The notes beneath the pieces are model-generated. The model worked only from the letters and a program-made list of their open reading frames with translations, did no database searches and was not told the origin of the DNA. Shown piece by piece: positions 62,058 through 64,000 of a DNA stretch of 64,000 bases. How positions within the stretch are numbered: the stretch's first letter is position 1; each line of letters begins with the position of its first letter. A program made the position numbers and the translations under genes. Source of the stretch: Candidatus Xenobia bacterium (GTDB lineage: Bacteria > Vulcanimicrobiota > Xenobia > Xenobiales > QWHO01); NCBI GenBank assembly GCA_045863235.1, contig BTUM01000002.1, positions 160,001-224,000 of the forward strand, read 5' to 3'.

Positions 62058-63395
62058 TCAACGTCTGCGACCTCCGCCGCCCCCGCGCCGGGCGCCACCT
62101 CCTCCGCTGTAGCCACCCGATCGTCCGCTGGAACGGTAGCCGCTGCTGCGTCCGGTCGAGCGATTGAAGCTGGCGTTACCGCGGCTGCTGCTGGCGCGGG
62201 CCGAAGAACCACGCTCCATCTGCAGGCCGCCACCCCGGCCGCCCATGTCGCGGTAACCGCCGCTCCCGCCGCTGCGGAAGCTCGGAGAGGAAACGGAGGG
62301 CCGAGTGGAGGCGGTGGGCCGAGTGCGGCCCACACTGGTGTAATCCGGCCGCATCCGGGAGGTATTGAAACTGGGACTGCTCGGCAGGGCAGGCCGGCTC
62401 CCCACGCCACCGGGTCTTCCGACTCCGCCGGGGCTCCCGACGCCGCCAGGGCTCCCGATGCCACCGGGTCTTCCGACTCCGCCCGGGCTCCCGACTCCGC
62501 CGGGTCTCCCGACCCCGCCAGGGCTCCCGATGCGTCCCGGACTGCCGACGTTGGGTCGGTTCCCGATGCGGTTGCCCCCCCCAACGTTGATCGAGTTGCC
62601 GATGTTGACGTTGCCGTTGTTCCAACGCACATTGTTACCGTTCCCGGCCACGGGGCGGCGGTTGAAGGCCTGATTGGCGCGATACGGGGTTGCCACCGGG
62701 CAGCCCGGGCGATACCATCCATTGGCACCGCAGGGCCAGTAACCCGAGGTCATTCCGTAGCCCCACCAGTTGCAGTGGTTGTAGTACATCAAGCTGCTGG
62801 CAGCGATGCCCGCTCCGAACCCGAGGATTCCCGAGGCCCAGTAGTCGTCGTCATTGTCGTAGCTCGACTCGACCACCACCACCTCGGGATCGTAGCTGGG
62901 TACGTAGACCACCTCGGGATTGGTGGGCTGAATGCAGATCTGCTCCTCCTCGCGGGTGACCTCCATCTGCTCGCCGCTGCGGAGATTGCCGGCTTGATAA
63001 GCCTTCTCGCGATACTGCTGAACCGCTTTCATGACATCGGGCTGCTGGTTGGCGACCGCGTAAGCCAGAGCAGCGGTCCAGTCGGAAGCCGACACCATGG
63101 TGTCCAGAATGTCCGGGTAGTCGACCAGCGAGCGCACGGCAGGCTCCCACTCCTCCGGCGATTCTTCGGAGGTCTTTCCCGCCTTGGCCAGCTCGTCGGC
63201 CTGGCGAACCTGGGCCTGCTCGGTCGAGGCGACCAGCACGTTGGACAGCACCGGGTCGGGGTAAAGAGCGATCGGCCCCACGATCTGCTCGAGCTCTTCG
63301 GGCGAGTAGAGCCCGTCAGCCGCCTCCTCCTGGGCCAGCGCCAGCGAGCCCAGCAGAACGGTCAACAAAGTGATCAGGAATATCAATCTTCGCAT
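62058..63395 (-). CDS. DUF3300 family protein with Gly/Arg-rich tail
   Basis: ELEQIVGPIALYPDPVL, AGNLRS and VVYVPSYDP motifs. Confidence 0.88.
   Translation of the reverse strand: MRRLIFLITLLTVLLGSLALAQEEAADGLYSPEELEQIVGPIALYPDPVLSNVLVASTEQAQVRQADELAKAGKTSEESPEEWEPAVRSLVDYPDILDTMVSASDWTAALAYAVANQQPDVMKAVQQYREKAYQAGNLRSGEQMEVTREEEQICIQPTNPEVVYVPSYDPEVVVVESSYDNDDDYWASGILGFGAGIAASSLMYYNHCNWWGYGMTSGYWPCGANGWYRPGCPVATPYRANQAFNRRPVAGNGNNVRWNNGNVNIGNSINVGGGNRIGNRPNVGSPGRIGSPGGVGRPGGVGSPGGVGRPGGIGSPGGVGSPGGVGRPGGVGSRPALPSSPSFNTSRMRPDYTSVGRTRPTASTRPSVSSPSFRSGGSGGYRDMGGRGGGLQMERGSSARASSSRGNASFNRSTGRSSGYRSSGRSGGYSGGGGARRGGGGGRRR
62395..62550 (-). repeat. 18-bp in-frame tandem repeat (GGVGSP/GGVGRP), about 8 copies
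   Basis: CCGACTCCGCCGGGnCTC-like units in the DUF3300 tail. Confidence 0.85.
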
Positions 63396-63403
63396 CGCGC
63401 CTC

Positions 63404-64000
63404 CTACTTGACCGGCCGCTTGAGCGGCCCGACGGGATTGCCGGCCGAGTTCACCTCGGTCCAGCCCTTGCCGGGATCGAATTTGGTGATCTCGCGGACC
63501 AGGCTCTCGGTCTCCGGTCCCAGATCTCTTTGATAGATCTTGCCGTTGTGGTTCATGATGAAGGTCGTGATACCGGAGTTCCCATAGGCCATGGGCCAGG
63601 CGATGAACGCGTAGCCACCGATCAGGTTGCCATTGATGAGGTAGTCATACTTCCCCCCGGCGGCGTTCTCGCTCTGACCGTTGAGGAGCTTGCAGTGATA
63701 GCCGAACCAGCCCGAATTGGCCATCTTCCCGGCCAGGTAGTCCTTGAACTCTTCGGCGGTCGACTGCAATGGGCTGGGAAGCTCTTCGCTGACCCAGTAG
63801 AGGCCGTCGCGCGTCCCTTCGGTGGCCCGAATGCGCTGAGCGAACTCGAGCACCTGGTCGCCGTCATAGTCCACCGCGGCATAATCTTCCTGGGCCTGGG
63901 CCAGGCGCGAGAGCATCTTCAGGGCCTGCAGCTCATCCAGGCCGATGCGCCGGGCCAGAATCTCCTCTTTGCCTGCAGCCGTATCCCAGCGCCAGTAAGT
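63404..64000 (-). CDS. Second DUF2950 family protein (5' part outside the window)
   Basis: Frame open to the window end: WRWDTAAGKEEILARRIGLDEL...DGLYW...YGNSGITTF. Confidence 0.85.
   Translation of the reverse strand, partial: TYWRWDTAAGKEEILARRIGLDELQALKMLSRLAQAQEDYAAVDYDGDQVLEFAQRIRATEGTRDGLYWVSEELPSPLQSTAEEFKDYLAGKMANSGWFGYHCKLLNGQSENAAGGKYDYLINGNLIGGYAFIAWPMAYGNSGITTFIMNHNGKIYQRDLGPETESLVREITKFDPGKGWTEVNSAGNPVGPLKRPVK

Noticed and set aside
62395..62550. CRISPR or non-coding repeat array
   Set aside because: 18-bp coding repeat inside the DUF3300 tail.

Overview
High-GC (roughly 65%, estimated by eye), densely coding bacterial chromosomal window. It opens with the 3' end of tmRNA (ssrA) convergent with smpB. 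Core functions follow: M32 carboxypeptidase, a divergent DAHP-synthase-like gene, M23 peptidase, Ser/Thr kinase-TPR, rhomboid, radical SAM, rho with a large repeat insertion, two ABC systems, polX-mpg, two diguanylate cyclases, a reduced alternative complex III (ACIII/Qrc-like) operon and sucA-sucB-lpdA. An accessory signalling region at about 38.6-52.8 kb holds a K+ channel, a secreted IPT/TIG protein, an output-less Cache sensor translationally coupled to a pentameric ligand-gated ion channel (pLGIC) homologue, an HD-GYP response regulator, two divergent hybrid histidine kinases and a DUF433/DUF5615 toxin-antitoxin-like pair. The rest is a decayed glucosidase, pfkA, pckA, a frameshifted ThrE-type exporter, a SulP transporter and a DUF2950-DUF3300-DUF2950-TPR operon. 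I saw no integrase, transposase, CRISPR array or rRNA. The best candidate for a little-described system is the K+ channel / IPT / Cache / pLGIC cluster beside the c-di-GMP phosphorelay. All family calls are by motif recognition; no database search was run.
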